DNA of 38,802 nt from Tolypothrix carrinoi HA7290-LM1 (lineage in GTDB: Bacteria; Cyanobacteriota; Cyanobacteriia; Cyanobacteriales; Nostocaceae), in NCBI GenBank assembly GCA_019358935.1, contig JAHHIK010000082.1, forward strand, positions 1 to 38,802. The letters run 5' to 3'. The translations under genes and the position numbers were made by a program. Positions 27,068-36,285 of this stretch are shown piece by piece; position 1 is the first letter of the stretch, and each line of letters starts with the position of its first letter. Below the pieces are notes generated by a model. The model did not search any database. It had not been told where the DNA came from and saw nothing but the letters and a program-made list of their open reading frames with translations.

Positions 27068-28516
27068 CCCTCTTCTGTCACTTTCCGGGTAGAATAAATA
27101 GAAGAAAGGAAAGATAAAACTCTACAAGGTAGGTAGAGCAATGGATGTAGAATTACAAATCCTGAAACATTTGGCGAGGGATGCCCAGCCAACAGTGGCA
27201 ATAATAGATGAATATTGTGCAGAGTATAAAGACCTGTTCAAAGAAGTAAGAAATTATGAATGCCTAAAGTATTTACATTTAGGGATAATTTCACCAATAA
27301 AAAGAAAATCACTACCAGAAATAGCCAAATTAGTAAGTATAAACTCGGCACAATCATTACATCATTTTATAGCCAATTCAAATTGGTCAGTCAAGAAACT
27401 GAAGAGCCGAAGATTAAATAAGTTAAAGAGAGTATTAAATGGTGAGTCTATAACTGTAGTAATAGATGAAACGGGAGATAGGAAAAAAGGTAAAAAGACA
27501 GATTACGTAGCCAGACAATATCTAGGAAGCGTAGGAAAAATAGATAATGGAATAGTGACAGTCAATGCTTATGGAGTTTATGAAAATATAACATTTCCAT
27601 TAGGTTTCAAAGTATTTAAACCGAAGGGGACGCTAAAATCAGGAGACAAATATAAAACCAAAATAGAATTAGCCTCAGAAATTATTACGGAATTGATTAA
27701 TAAGGGATTTAGTATTGAACTGGTACTAGCGGATAGTTTATATGGTGAAAGTAGCGAATTCATTAAAAAACTGAATGAATATGAATTAGCTTATGTTGTA
27801 GCAATTAGAAGTAATCATGGAGTCTGGCTGCCAGCGGCGCAGAGCGTTAGAGCTAATAAGTGGTGTAAATTTGAGAGAACATTTAGTAATCAAAAATCAG
27901 AAATCAGATACATTCGAGAAATAGTTTATGGTAAAAGAAGAGCCATAACTTACTGGGAAATAACTACTGACCCAGAAACAATGCCGGAAAATTCTACTTC
28001 ATTCGTCATGACGAATCTTCAAGGGAAGTTGAAGAAAACCTTAGGCGACCTATATGGATTAAGGACATGGGTAGAATATGGATTTCGCCAGTGTAAGCAA
28101 GAATTAGGCTGGACAGATTATCGATTTACTAATTTCCAACATATTGAGAGATGGTGGGAGATTATTTTTTGTGTTTACACCATGATTAGCTTAAATTCTC
28201 TGGCTTTTTTAGCTTTAAAACAAAAGAGTGAAATTACACCACAAATAAAACAAACTAATTATATAGATTTTTCTCATCATCAACAATGGAATCATGGTTC
28301 TGGATGGAAGAATACTTTAAATAATCTGCGGCTAATTGTCCAACCGCTGTTACTATTTTGGTTGGTTTATCCTTGGATAAATATTTTTCCTAATTCCAAT
28401 TTATTCCTAGGGTTCAATCATTTAATTAATGCCATGAATCAATTTAAACCCTTTCATGCCTCTGGATAATTTTACTTGTTTACTATTTTTTCTCTCCGGA
28501 AAGTGACAGAAGAGGG
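27068..28516 (+). mobile_element. IS701-family insertion sequence
   Basis: Perfect 21-bp terminal IRs CCCTCTTCTGTCACTTTCCGG (27068-27088 and 28496-28516). Confidence 0.92.
27141..28469 (+). CDS. IS701-family DDE transposase
   Basis: IDETGDRKKG, VARQYLGSVGKIDNG, LADSLYG, RTWVEYGFRQCKQELG. Confidence 0.93.
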   Translation: MDVELQILKHLARDAQPTVAIIDEYCAEYKDLFKEVRNYECLKYLHLGIISPIKRKSLPEIAKLVSINSAQSLHHFIANSNWSVKKLKSRRLNKLKRVLNGESITVVIDETGDRKKGKKTDYVARQYLGSVGKIDNGIVTVNAYGVYENITFPLGFKVFKPKGTLKSGDKYKTKIELASEIITELINKGFSIELVLADSLYGESSEFIKKLNEYELAYVVAIRSNHGVWLPAAQSVRANKWCKFERTFSNQKSEIRYIREIVYGKRRAITYWEITTDPETMPENSTSFVMTNLQGKLKKTLGDLYGLRTWVEYGFRQCKQELGWTDYRFTNFQHIERWWEIIFCVYTMISLNSLAFLALKQKSEITPQIKQTNYIDFSHHQQWNHGSGWKNTLNNLRLIVQPLLLFWLVYPWINIFPNSNLFLGFNHLINAMNQFKPFHASG

Positions 28517-28898
28517 ATAAAATCACCTTTCCAGCTTTTTAGGTTCCTTGAACTTGCCCATATTGAATCATTAAATAGGGGTGTATTTTTACCTTCCACA
28601 GAGTAAACAACAACAACAAAAGCTTAGTATTTTTCATTTTGTAGAAATTTAAATTAGGACTTTTATATTACAGTTAACAAAGTCTACAAGCTGAGTAGAT
28701 TAGGTGAAGTGTCCTTGTGTTAAATACTCACCTTGGATGGACTCTTGATATGCCTAAGGTAGCTCTAGTGAGTGGCATTCCCAGCTAACTAAATCTTTCA
28801 CCCTCAACTGTGAAAAATTCATGCTTGACGCGTTCAGACTCTTTTTGTAATATAAAAATACTGATGTTACAATAACGGAACTGTAGTCTACTTCCGTC

Positions 28899-30008
28899 AT
28901 GAAGGTTCAGAAAATTCGCACGCCATACAGCGACCGGGTGTCATGGTTAGTGCTTGATGAGGATTATTTGCCCATCGAACCTATCCAAAGATATCTGCGA
29001 TATCTCGAGAGTATTGAACGCTCTCCCAATACAATTCGTGCCTATGCCGGGCATCTCAAACTGTTTTGGGAATTTCTAGCTTCCTCAGGATTTGATTGGA
29101 AAGATATCAGCCTAGATCAACTAGCTGATTTCATTCATTGGTTACGTAAACCTGAGCCAAAAGTCATATCTATTCAGCCTCTAACGGCTAAACGAACTGA
29201 GCGCACCGTTAACACAATTATCTCGGCTGTTTGTAGTTTTTATGACTTCCAGCATCGTCTGGGAAACACACAAGAATTGCCAGTTTATACTCAGCAATTT
29301 ATCTATGGTGGCAGGTCATATAAGCCATTTATGCACCATATTACCAAAGGGAAGCCAGTACAAAGAAACCTCCTTAAACTCAAAGAAACTCGTCAGCGTC
29401 CTTTAACTCTTACAGTGGAACAAGTCAAGCAGCTAATTCAAGCAAGCAAACGGCTGAGAGATAAGTTTTTAATTTGTCTTCTCTATGAGACAGGAATCAG
29501 GATTGGACAGGCTTTAGGGCTTCGTCATGAAGATATTCACTCATGGGATAACCTACTAATCATTACCAAGAGAACTGACAATGCTAACGGTGCTAGAGCT
29601 AAGAATAAAGACCCATTATTAGTTCATGTTTCTAAAGAGTTGATGACTCTTTACTCTGATTACCTGCTCAACGAATATCCAGAAGATAAAGATTCGGACT
29701 ATGTGTTCGTCAATATCTGGGAGGGTCAAATAGGACAACCGATGACTTACTCCACCGTATCTGATTTGTGCCAACGCTTGCAGAAAGTAACAGGTATTAA
29801 ACTGCATCCCCATATGTTCAGGCATACCCACGCGACCGAATTAATTCGCAGCGGTTGGGATATGTCCTATGTGCAAAAACGTCTAGGTCATGTCAATGTG
29901 CAAACGACAGTTAATACCTATGTTCATTTGCAAGATGACGACCTTCAAGCGGCTTATCAAAAATATCTGGAAAAATCGGAATATATAAATGCAACTAGGA
30001 AAGAATGA
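28899..30008 (+). CDS. tnpA: Tyrosine recombinase, Tn554 TnpA-like
   Basis: SPNTIRAYA, YETGIRIGQ, HMFRHTHA, RLGH...TTVNTY. Confidence 0.88.
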   Translation: MKVQKIRTPYSDRVSWLVLDEDYLPIEPIQRYLRYLESIERSPNTIRAYAGHLKLFWEFLASSGFDWKDISLDQLADFIHWLRKPEPKVISIQPLTAKRTERTVNTIISAVCSFYDFQHRLGNTQELPVYTQQFIYGGRSYKPFMHHITKGKPVQRNLLKLKETRQRPLTLTVEQVKQLIQASKRLRDKFLICLLYETGIRIGQALGLRHEDIHSWDNLLIITKRTDNANGARAKNKDPLLVHVSKELMTLYSDYLLNEYPEDKDSDYVFVNIWEGQIGQPMTYSTVSDLCQRLQKVTGIKLHPHMFRHTHATELIRSGWDMSYVQKRLGHVNVQTTVNTYVHLQDDDLQAAYQKYLEKSEYINATRKE

Positions 30009-31446
30009 TCCTATATGCTTTGACGAAATCAGGGATTGTGAGTATGACAAAGACATTTGGGATATTCGTAATTTAGGACTCCCAACACAACCAGCAACGG
30101 GTGACAAGCAGCTTAATTTTACATCCGTTAAACCGTTGTGGCTAAGGCAGGCTGCTAAGTCATATATTCGATACACCTTAGCAACTTTGAGTCCTGGTAC
30201 AGCGCGGGGGCGTCTTAGTGTTCTTAGGCACTTTTCCAGATTTCTTTCTAAGTTCCATCCCTCACTCAGCCCTGAAGCAGTTAACCGTTCATTAATTCTT
30301 GAATATCTAAGTTACTTAATATCTTGTGATTTATCATCTAGTTCCAAAAATCAGGTGATTAGTGGACTGAAATTTTTCTTTGAATTAACTGCTAGGAATC
30401 ATTGGGCAGATATACCAAAAGAACCCTTATTCTTTCGGGAGGATTATCCACAAATCCCAACAAAATGTCCGAGGTATATTCCCCAAGTAGTTATTGACCA
30501 GCTTCAACAGTATTTGGATAGTTTACCCTCAACCTATAAAAGAATGGTACTAGTTTTGTTAGAAACTGGACTACGGATTTCCGAGTTATGCCACCTGAGT
30601 TTTGATTGCCTAAATCAAGACTCTCACGGCGACTGGTGGCTGCAATATTACTCATTTAAGATGAAAAAGTCAGCGCAAAAACCCATTTCTAGAGTCTTAA
30701 TGGGTGTAATTCAAGAACAGCAACAGTACATTCAAGAGAATTTAGGCTCTAGTTACCCTTACTTGTTTTGTGCCAATCAACGCCGAGCTGGTGGTCAAGG
30801 TAGAAGAGTTATAGATGGTTATTTTATTCCTAACTTTAAACCCCCTACTGGTCGAAGTTTTGCTGATGCTCTCAATGCTTTAGCTAGAGAACATGATATC
30901 TGTGACACAAACGGTCAGGTATGGCATTTCCAAACACATCAGTTTCGTCACACAGTTGGCACTCGTATGATCAATAATGGTGTACCACAGCATATTGTGC
31001 AGCGCTACTTGGGACATGAAAGCCCTGAAATGACGATGGTTTATGCCCATATCCATGATTCAACTCTCAAGGAAGAAGTGGCTAAGTTTCATGGGCTAGT
31101 TGTTAACATAGCCGGTCAAGTGGTTGAGTCCATTAATCCTGAATTAGATGCCAGCAATTTGCAGTGGTTCAAACGCAATATTCAAGCCCAAGCATTGTCT
31201 AATGGCTCTTGTGCTTTACCTGCCTTTGTCCAGAAATGCCCTCATGCCAATGCTTGTTTAACTTGTTCTCATTTCCGCACTACTAGAGAACATCTCGACA
31301 GCCACAAAGCCCAGTTAGAACAGACTAAACAAATTATTGAAAAGGCCAAAGCCAATGACTGGCAGCGACAAGTAGAAATGAACTTGCAAGTTAAAACAAA
31401 CCTCGAAAATATCATCTCATCTCTGGAGGCAGACAATGGCAACTAG
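29989..31446 (+). CDS. tnpB: Tyrosine recombinase, Tn554 TnpB-like
   Basis: ETGLRISE, HQFRHT, LGHESPEMTMVY, C-terminal Cys cluster CALP..CPHANACLTC. Confidence 0.88.
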   Translation: MQLGKNDPICFDEIRDCEYDKDIWDIRNLGLPTQPATGDKQLNFTSVKPLWLRQAAKSYIRYTLATLSPGTARGRLSVLRHFSRFLSKFHPSLSPEAVNRSLILEYLSYLISCDLSSSSKNQVISGLKFFFELTARNHWADIPKEPLFFREDYPQIPTKCPRYIPQVVIDQLQQYLDSLPSTYKRMVLVLLETGLRISELCHLSFDCLNQDSHGDWWLQYYSFKMKKSAQKPISRVLMGVIQEQQQYIQENLGSSYPYLFCANQRRAGGQGRRVIDGYFIPNFKPPTGRSFADALNALAREHDICDTNGQVWHFQTHQFRHTVGTRMINNGVPQHIVQRYLGHESPEMTMVYAHIHDSTLKEEVAKFHGLVVNIAGQVVESINPELDASNLQWFKRNIQAQALSNGSCALPAFVQKCPHANACLTCSHFRTTREHLDSHKAQLEQTKQIIEKAKANDWQRQVEMNLQVKTNLENIISSLEADNGN

Positions 31447-32368
31447 AGGTAGTGCTGATGGTCTACGGAATGCTGCACAACAAAAAAGCCAAGACGCATT
31501 GGAACGCACCAATAAAGCTATTTCAATGCTGGTCAAAAAAGGTCAGACAATTAATTTTCATACAGTAGCTAAAGCAGCTGGAGTATCAGTTGCCTACTTC
31601 TACAAAGATGATTCAATTAAACAACGCATTGCTCAATTAAGGAATCAGCAGTCTCCTATCAAACAACTGTCGCCAAAGACAACAGCATCTGATGATTCTA
31701 GAAAAGCAATTATTACAACTTTGAAAGAACGTTTAAAGAAGTTAGAAGCTGAGAACAGGGGGTTAAGGCAGCAAATTGAATTATCTTATGGTAGGACACT
31801 TTATGCTGATGAACAAGCAGAAAAATTTAAGCAAGAAGCAGAAGCTATTAGGACAGAAAATGCTGCTTTAAAAAAGCAGTTAGAAAACGAATTTCAAGAG
31901 TTTAAACAAGCTAGAGGTCAAGCAAAAACCAAGGTTAAAGCTATGCCAAACAGCAGTAAAAAAGTTACTTATTCATCTATAAGTAATAAAATTCAGGCTG
32001 AGTTAGATGCACTAGGTATTAAAATGAGTTCAACTCTAGCCAAAATCATTACTACAACGGCAGAAGCAGAGGTGCTGTTTGCTATTGATGCCCTTAAAGC
32101 AGCGTTATTACACGGGAATATTCGCAATCCATCTGGTTTTTTAGTAGAGGCTATAAGAAACACCTGGACTCCTAATCAAGAATACGAAAAACAGTTAGAG
32201 ATGGTTGCTTTCAACGAGTGGTATCCCATAGCTCAGTCACTTGGATTAGTTGTTGCTGCTACTCAGTTGGATGGAATGCAGTACGTTCTTACCCAAAAGC
32301 AAGAGTGGATTCCTTTTGAGCAAATGCTTCTTGACTATCCTCTGAAGAAACTTCAAGAAATGACATAA
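31436..32368 (+). CDS. tnpC: TnpC-like (DUF6262-type) protein with C-terminal extension
   Basis: INFHTVAKAAGVSVAYFY HTH, long coiled coil, IRNPSGFLVEAI tail. Confidence 0.75.
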   Translation: MATRGSADGLRNAAQQKSQDALERTNKAISMLVKKGQTINFHTVAKAAGVSVAYFYKDDSIKQRIAQLRNQQSPIKQLSPKTTASDDSRKAIITTLKERLKKLEAENRGLRQQIELSYGRTLYADEQAEKFKQEAEAIRTENAALKKQLENEFQEFKQARGQAKTKVKAMPNSSKKVTYSSISNKIQAELDALGIKMSSTLAKIITTTAEAEVLFAIDALKAALLHGNIRNPSGFLVEAIRNTWTPNQEYEKQLEMVAFNEWYPIAQSLGLVVAATQLDGMQYVLTQKQEWIPFEQMLLDYPLKKLQEMT

Positions 32369-32717
32369 CCAAGTTTCATTACTTCAATCACTTTATAAAT
32401 CTTCGAGACTATTTATTCTATTAGGTAAGTTCACACTTTGTAGAAACCATTAACAGCGTTAGAACTCTTTCTAGCAAAGCCTTTTGTTGTTGTTAGCTAT
32501 AGATAGCAATCATTTTTAGTGATGTTTTCATAATCAACCGACATCAAAGCCACGGTTTGGAAACAAAGTTAAATCAATGGTTTTGACCAGATGCGTTACA
32601 AAAGTTTACAACGTGTCCCCTGAATGCACGTATCCCGGCTGTACCCCAAAGGGAGCTTGCGTCTCTCTCTGGCAAAACAGGACAGGGAACTGGTATTATT
32701 TACCCACGAGGATAGTT

Positions 32718-32767
32718 GCGGGTTATTTTCGACAAGCTCGCTGCGCTCACCGTCGAAAATAACCCGC
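32718..32767. other. Perfect 16-bp stem hairpin with a CTCGCTGCGCTC loop
   Basis: GCGGGTTATTTTCGAC (32718-32733) pairs with GTCGAAAATAACCCGC (32752-32767). Confidence 0.8.
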
Positions 32768-33108
32768 TTAAGGCTTGTGTTTCACCAAAGAGCCACTTCG
32801 TGGATCAGGGGGTTGAAACTATTAATCTCTCGTGGTTGTAAGCGGCGTTACGGGCAAGTAAGGTAATTAGGGATCTTAATACTTAATGTTCCTTTTTTAC
32901 TGTAGCCGATTATAGGGGCAAATCCAGGGACATTTTAATTTTGATGTATCGTAGCCTGACAAAATCAAGCCCCTTACACCGCATTCATAAGGGGCTATTT
33001 TATCAGCTAACATATTTGGGTACCCAGATATCTACACATTTACAAATTCAAATTAAATGTGTACCCAGGTAGCGATATGATACTTCCATCTCAAATAAAG
33101 GGGAGATT

Positions 33109-33711
33109 ATGCCAATCGTCTCTCTAAGCTCATTTAAAGGCGGGGTTGCCAAAACAACTTCGGCTATCTGCCTTGCCTCGCTGTTTTGTGAGGATGGCAC
33201 AACCTTAGTTATCGACGCTGACCCAAATCGTTCAGCAACAACTTGGGCAAGACCAGGGGGATTACCATTTCAGGTGTGCGGGGAGAAAAAAGCAGCGAAA
33301 CTAATGCGATCACAATCGTTCGACTTCATCATCTTTGACACACCAGCTAGACCCAATGATGTGGAAGTTGAGGAACTGGCGAGGGGTTGCGACCTGCTCA
33401 TTGTTCCAACTCCACCAGACCTATTGAGCATGGACGCAATGGCGCTCATGGCGAAATCCTTACCAGAGGATACCAATTGGAGAGTGCTGCTAACGATGGT
33501 TCCACCACCACCACAGAAGGACGGGCTTGAAGCGATGGAAGCACTCAAGACTCAGGGATATCCAGTCTTCAGTCGAGGGATTCGGTTTTACAAAGCTTAT
33601 AAGGATGCAGTAACGTCGGGGGTTCCTGTTTATAAGGTTCGAGGAGGGAAGGTAGCATGGCGGGATTGGACAGAAATAAAAAACGAAGTGATTCAAGCAA
33701 TCCAAGGGTGA
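33109..33711 (+). CDS. parA: Short (type Ib, ParF-like) ParA ATPase
   Basis: 200 aa; FKGGVAKTT, IDADPNRSA, IFDTPA. Confidence 0.92.
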   Translation: MPIVSLSSFKGGVAKTTSAICLASLFCEDGTTLVIDADPNRSATTWARPGGLPFQVCGEKKAAKLMRSQSFDFIIFDTPARPNDVEVEELARGCDLLIVPTPPDLLSMDAMALMAKSLPEDTNWRVLLTMVPPPPQKDGLEAMEALKTQGYPVFSRGIRFYKAYKDAVTSGVPVYKVRGGKVAWRDWTEIKNEVIQAIQG

Positions 33712-34103
33712 GCCGATTCAGCGAGGTTCTGGGAGCGGCACATGAAAGCACCCACAAAGCTGGATACCCAGAAACCCAGCCATCTGAACAATCTGAGTTA
33801 GAGCCTGCACCAGAAAGCCGTCAAAAACCTGGGTACTCAAACAGCCAACCATCCGCACAGCCGAAGGAGAAATTAGCCAAGCGTGAGAATCCGGACTACA
33901 CCCAAACCACCTTTCGCATCCCCAAAAAACTGAGCAGGCAGATTAACCGAGCGTTGATGGATTTGGCAGATTCGGGGGTAGAGATGGATCGGAGCGATTT
34001 GCTAGAAGAATTGGCAGGTGCATTTATCCGAAAAGCTGATGAAGTCGGAGTAGTATCCGCTTTGTCGCAATTCAAAAACCTGGGTACCCAGATGGATGAG
34101 TAG
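33708..34103 (+). CDS. ParG-like centromere-binding protein (disordered N-terminus + RHH)
   Basis: GTG start overlaps the parA TGA; KRENPDYTQTTFRIPKKL...DRSDLLEEL; TACCCAG repeats in and around the operon. Confidence 0.75.
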   Translation: MSRFSEVLGAAHESTHKAGYPETQPSEQSELEPAPESRQKPGYSNSQPSAQPKEKLAKRENPDYTQTTFRIPKKLSRQINRALMDLADSGVEMDRSDLLEELAGAFIRKADEVGVVSALSQFKNLGTQMDE

Positions 34104-34177
34104 CTTGGTAGCACTCGCTTCAAGATCGGGAAATGTATGAAAATAAATAGTAAGGCTTACGCTGTTACTAGCAACCT

Positions 34178-35122
34178 TTACGCGGCTTCATCAGACGCTT
34201 CTTCCTTGGGTTTAAGTTCAAAAACCTTGATGCCTGCCTCTAACACCTCAAATCCATCTTCGGTCAACTTGCCAAGTTTTCCAGAAATACTTCCAGCATA
34301 CTTTGGATAAGTTGCAGCAGCTGAACACGCTTTTTTATATGACTTAGCATTAAGCAGAGTAACAAACTTATTGCCGTTTTCATCCGATAAAGTTACGAGT
34401 ACCTTTTTGTCAGGGGCTGGATCTGCTGTCGGGATTTCATTAAATTTGAGAGTGATTTCCGAGCGCACGAGTGTCACCTTATTTTTGCTGCTGAAAGTTG
34501 GTTTATCTACTTGAGGCTTGGGCTTGAAACTGTCGTAACCTAGTTTATCACCTGGTTTATCATTAGGCTTATCACTAATTTTTTCTACGACAGTAGCGTT
34601 AACTAATTTTAGGATATTACCTTCACGGATACATTCCAAATCCCAAAACTTTTTTACCCCATCATTAGGCAGTGTTCCTTTTATTCCCAAGTAAAAAATT
34701 TTATCTTTATTCGCATTCCGCTGTATTCTTACTAAGATGCTATCATCCAAAACAGCCACTAGATTACCACGAATAGAAAAAAAATTATCAACGTCTAAAT
34801 TATCCTTACGGTATTTAGTCAGTTGTAGCATCAATGCGTTGCCTTGTTCCTTATTGGTTCTGGGGTACGCATGAAACAACAACTCATCCTGAATTACATC
34901 GGGTGTAATATGAGTCAAGCTGTTTTCATTTGGTGCGATAACTGCCTCAATAACGCCTGAGTTGGTCGCCAGAATTCCTTTATTGAAATCCTGCGCGCTG
35001 GGATAGTATCTCCCCCTCACAACCCCTACTGCGCGATACTGATATGCATTCTTCTTATTCAAAGGTGGGAACAGGCGACCTGACATTAGTTTTGGATCAA
35101 TCAACCTATCAATTTTACACAA
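34178..35122 (-). CDS. Conserved-looking hypothetical protein (beta-rich domains joined by a K/P/D linker)
   Basis: 314 aa; QYRAVGVVRGRY and EITLKFNEIP...ISGKLG segments recall a family seen beside integrases on cyanobacterial plasmids; function not assignable. Confidence 0.7.
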   Translation of the reverse strand: MCKIDRLIDPKLMSGRLFPPLNKKNAYQYRAVGVVRGRYYPSAQDFNKGILATNSGVIEAVIAPNENSLTHITPDVIQDELLFHAYPRTNKEQGNALMLQLTKYRKDNLDVDNFFSIRGNLVAVLDDSILVRIQRNANKDKIFYLGIKGTLPNDGVKKFWDLECIREGNILKLVNATVVEKISDKPNDKPGDKLGYDSFKPKPQVDKPTFSSKNKVTLVRSEITLKFNEIPTADPAPDKKVLVTLSDENGNKFVTLLNAKSYKKACSAAATYPKYAGSISGKLGKLTEDGFEVLEAGIKVFELKPKEEASDEAA

Positions 35123-35208
35123 TCAATCTTAGGTGTTAAGCGAAGAGAATCGACTTATCACCCACGCATTACCGCGCTTGGAATGCGACCTGACTGGAAG
35201 AGCGAACA

Positions 35209-36177
35209 TCAAACCAAATCCGCTAGAACGCTACTCACCTTTAACTGGTGTTGCTGTCGATTGTCGTCGTAAATCATCAACGTCTCCAACTTGCTGTGCC
35301 GACTCAGTTTCTGCACCTCCCGCACGCTTTGCCCCGCATCCAACGCCGCTGTAATGGAACTATGCCTGATTCTGTGAGGACTTAACGGCTTAGTAATATT
35401 CGCCTTTTTTGCCCGTGTTCTCACCATTTTGGCGATACCAGCATCAGTGAGGGGATGCCCTGGTGTGTTGAGGTCGAGTGCTATAAACAAAGCATCTTTG
35501 GTTGATGCCAACCCCCTAAATGCCAGCCAGTAGCAAATTGCATCCCTAGTTTTGGGTGTCAGGTCGATTGTTTCGCGCTGGCTACCGCGTCCCTTACCCA
35601 AGACCAGCAGTTTGCTATTTTGACGGTCAAAATCTCCCATAGTTAAGGATGCAATCTCCCCCCGACGGAGTGCATTATCCCAAAGCAAGCGCAGTAGGGC
35701 ATAGTCCCTCACCCCCTTAGCTGTCGAGCGATCGCAAGTCCAAAGTATTTGCTTAAACTCTTGGGGAGTAACACCGCTGGTATCCCGGTACTTAATCACC
35801 GTCTCACCCTTAATATCCTCCAAGGTGTAACTACACACCCCCAACACCCTACCCTTATGCACCAGCGCCCTCAGCGCCGACAGCCGCCGATTAACCGTTG
35901 CCTCAGATAACCCCTGCTTTATCATCGTTGCTTTGTACCGTACCACCCACTCTAACGCCTGTGCCTGGGGTAGCGCTAAAAAACGCACAACGTACTCCGC
36001 AGTAGAATCCACCCCAAACATAGTTAAGAAAAAATGCTTAACATCCCGGTCATAAGCCCTACGAGTGGATTGACTGCGTTTCTCGGACAACAGCATCGCC
36101 AAAACATCAGGCGCTTGCCCCCAAGAAACCACTGGGGGTAAAGTCTCATTGCTTACTTTTACAATACGACCAGCCAT
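35209..36177 (-). CDS. XerC/D-like tyrosine recombinase (probable multimer resolvase)
   Basis: ATVNRRLSALR, NALRRGEI, GKG, PHRIRHS, SRHSKLETLMIY. Confidence 0.92.
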   Translation of the reverse strand: MAGRIVKVSNETLPPVVSWGQAPDVLAMLLSEKRSQSTRRAYDRDVKHFFLTMFGVDSTAEYVVRFLALPQAQALEWVVRYKATMIKQGLSEATVNRRLSALRALVHKGRVLGVCSYTLEDIKGETVIKYRDTSGVTPQEFKQILWTCDRSTAKGVRDYALLRLLWDNALRRGEIASLTMGDFDRQNSKLLVLGKGRGSQRETIDLTPKTRDAICYWLAFRGLASTKDALFIALDLNTPGHPLTDAGIAKMVRTRAKKANITKPLSPHRIRHSSITAALDAGQSVREVQKLSRHSKLETLMIYDDNRQQHQLKVSSVLADLV

Positions 36178-36185
36178 AGAAGGTA

Positions 36186-36213
36186 GGTGACGATAATAGG
36201 TATTTACGTAACC
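36186..36213. other. dif-like 11-6-11 recombination site upstream of the recombinase
   Basis: GGTGACGATAA-TAGGTA-TTTACGTAACC with imperfect inverted arms. Confidence 0.6.
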
Positions 36214-36285
36214 TTATACCTCACTCGGGGGTCACGCATTAAATAAAATTGCTTGCAAGTTATTTCTGGGATAAAACGACTGGAA

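Larger units (their letters stand above)
28899..32368 (+). mobile_element. Tn554-like tnpABC transposition module (ends not identified)
   Basis: Two overlapping tyrosine recombinase genes followed by a coiled-coil TnpC-like gene. Confidence 0.8.

Noticed and set aside
32577..32866. Two short overlapping ORFs downstream of tnpC
   Set aside because: They span a strong hairpin, have atypical composition and show no motifs.
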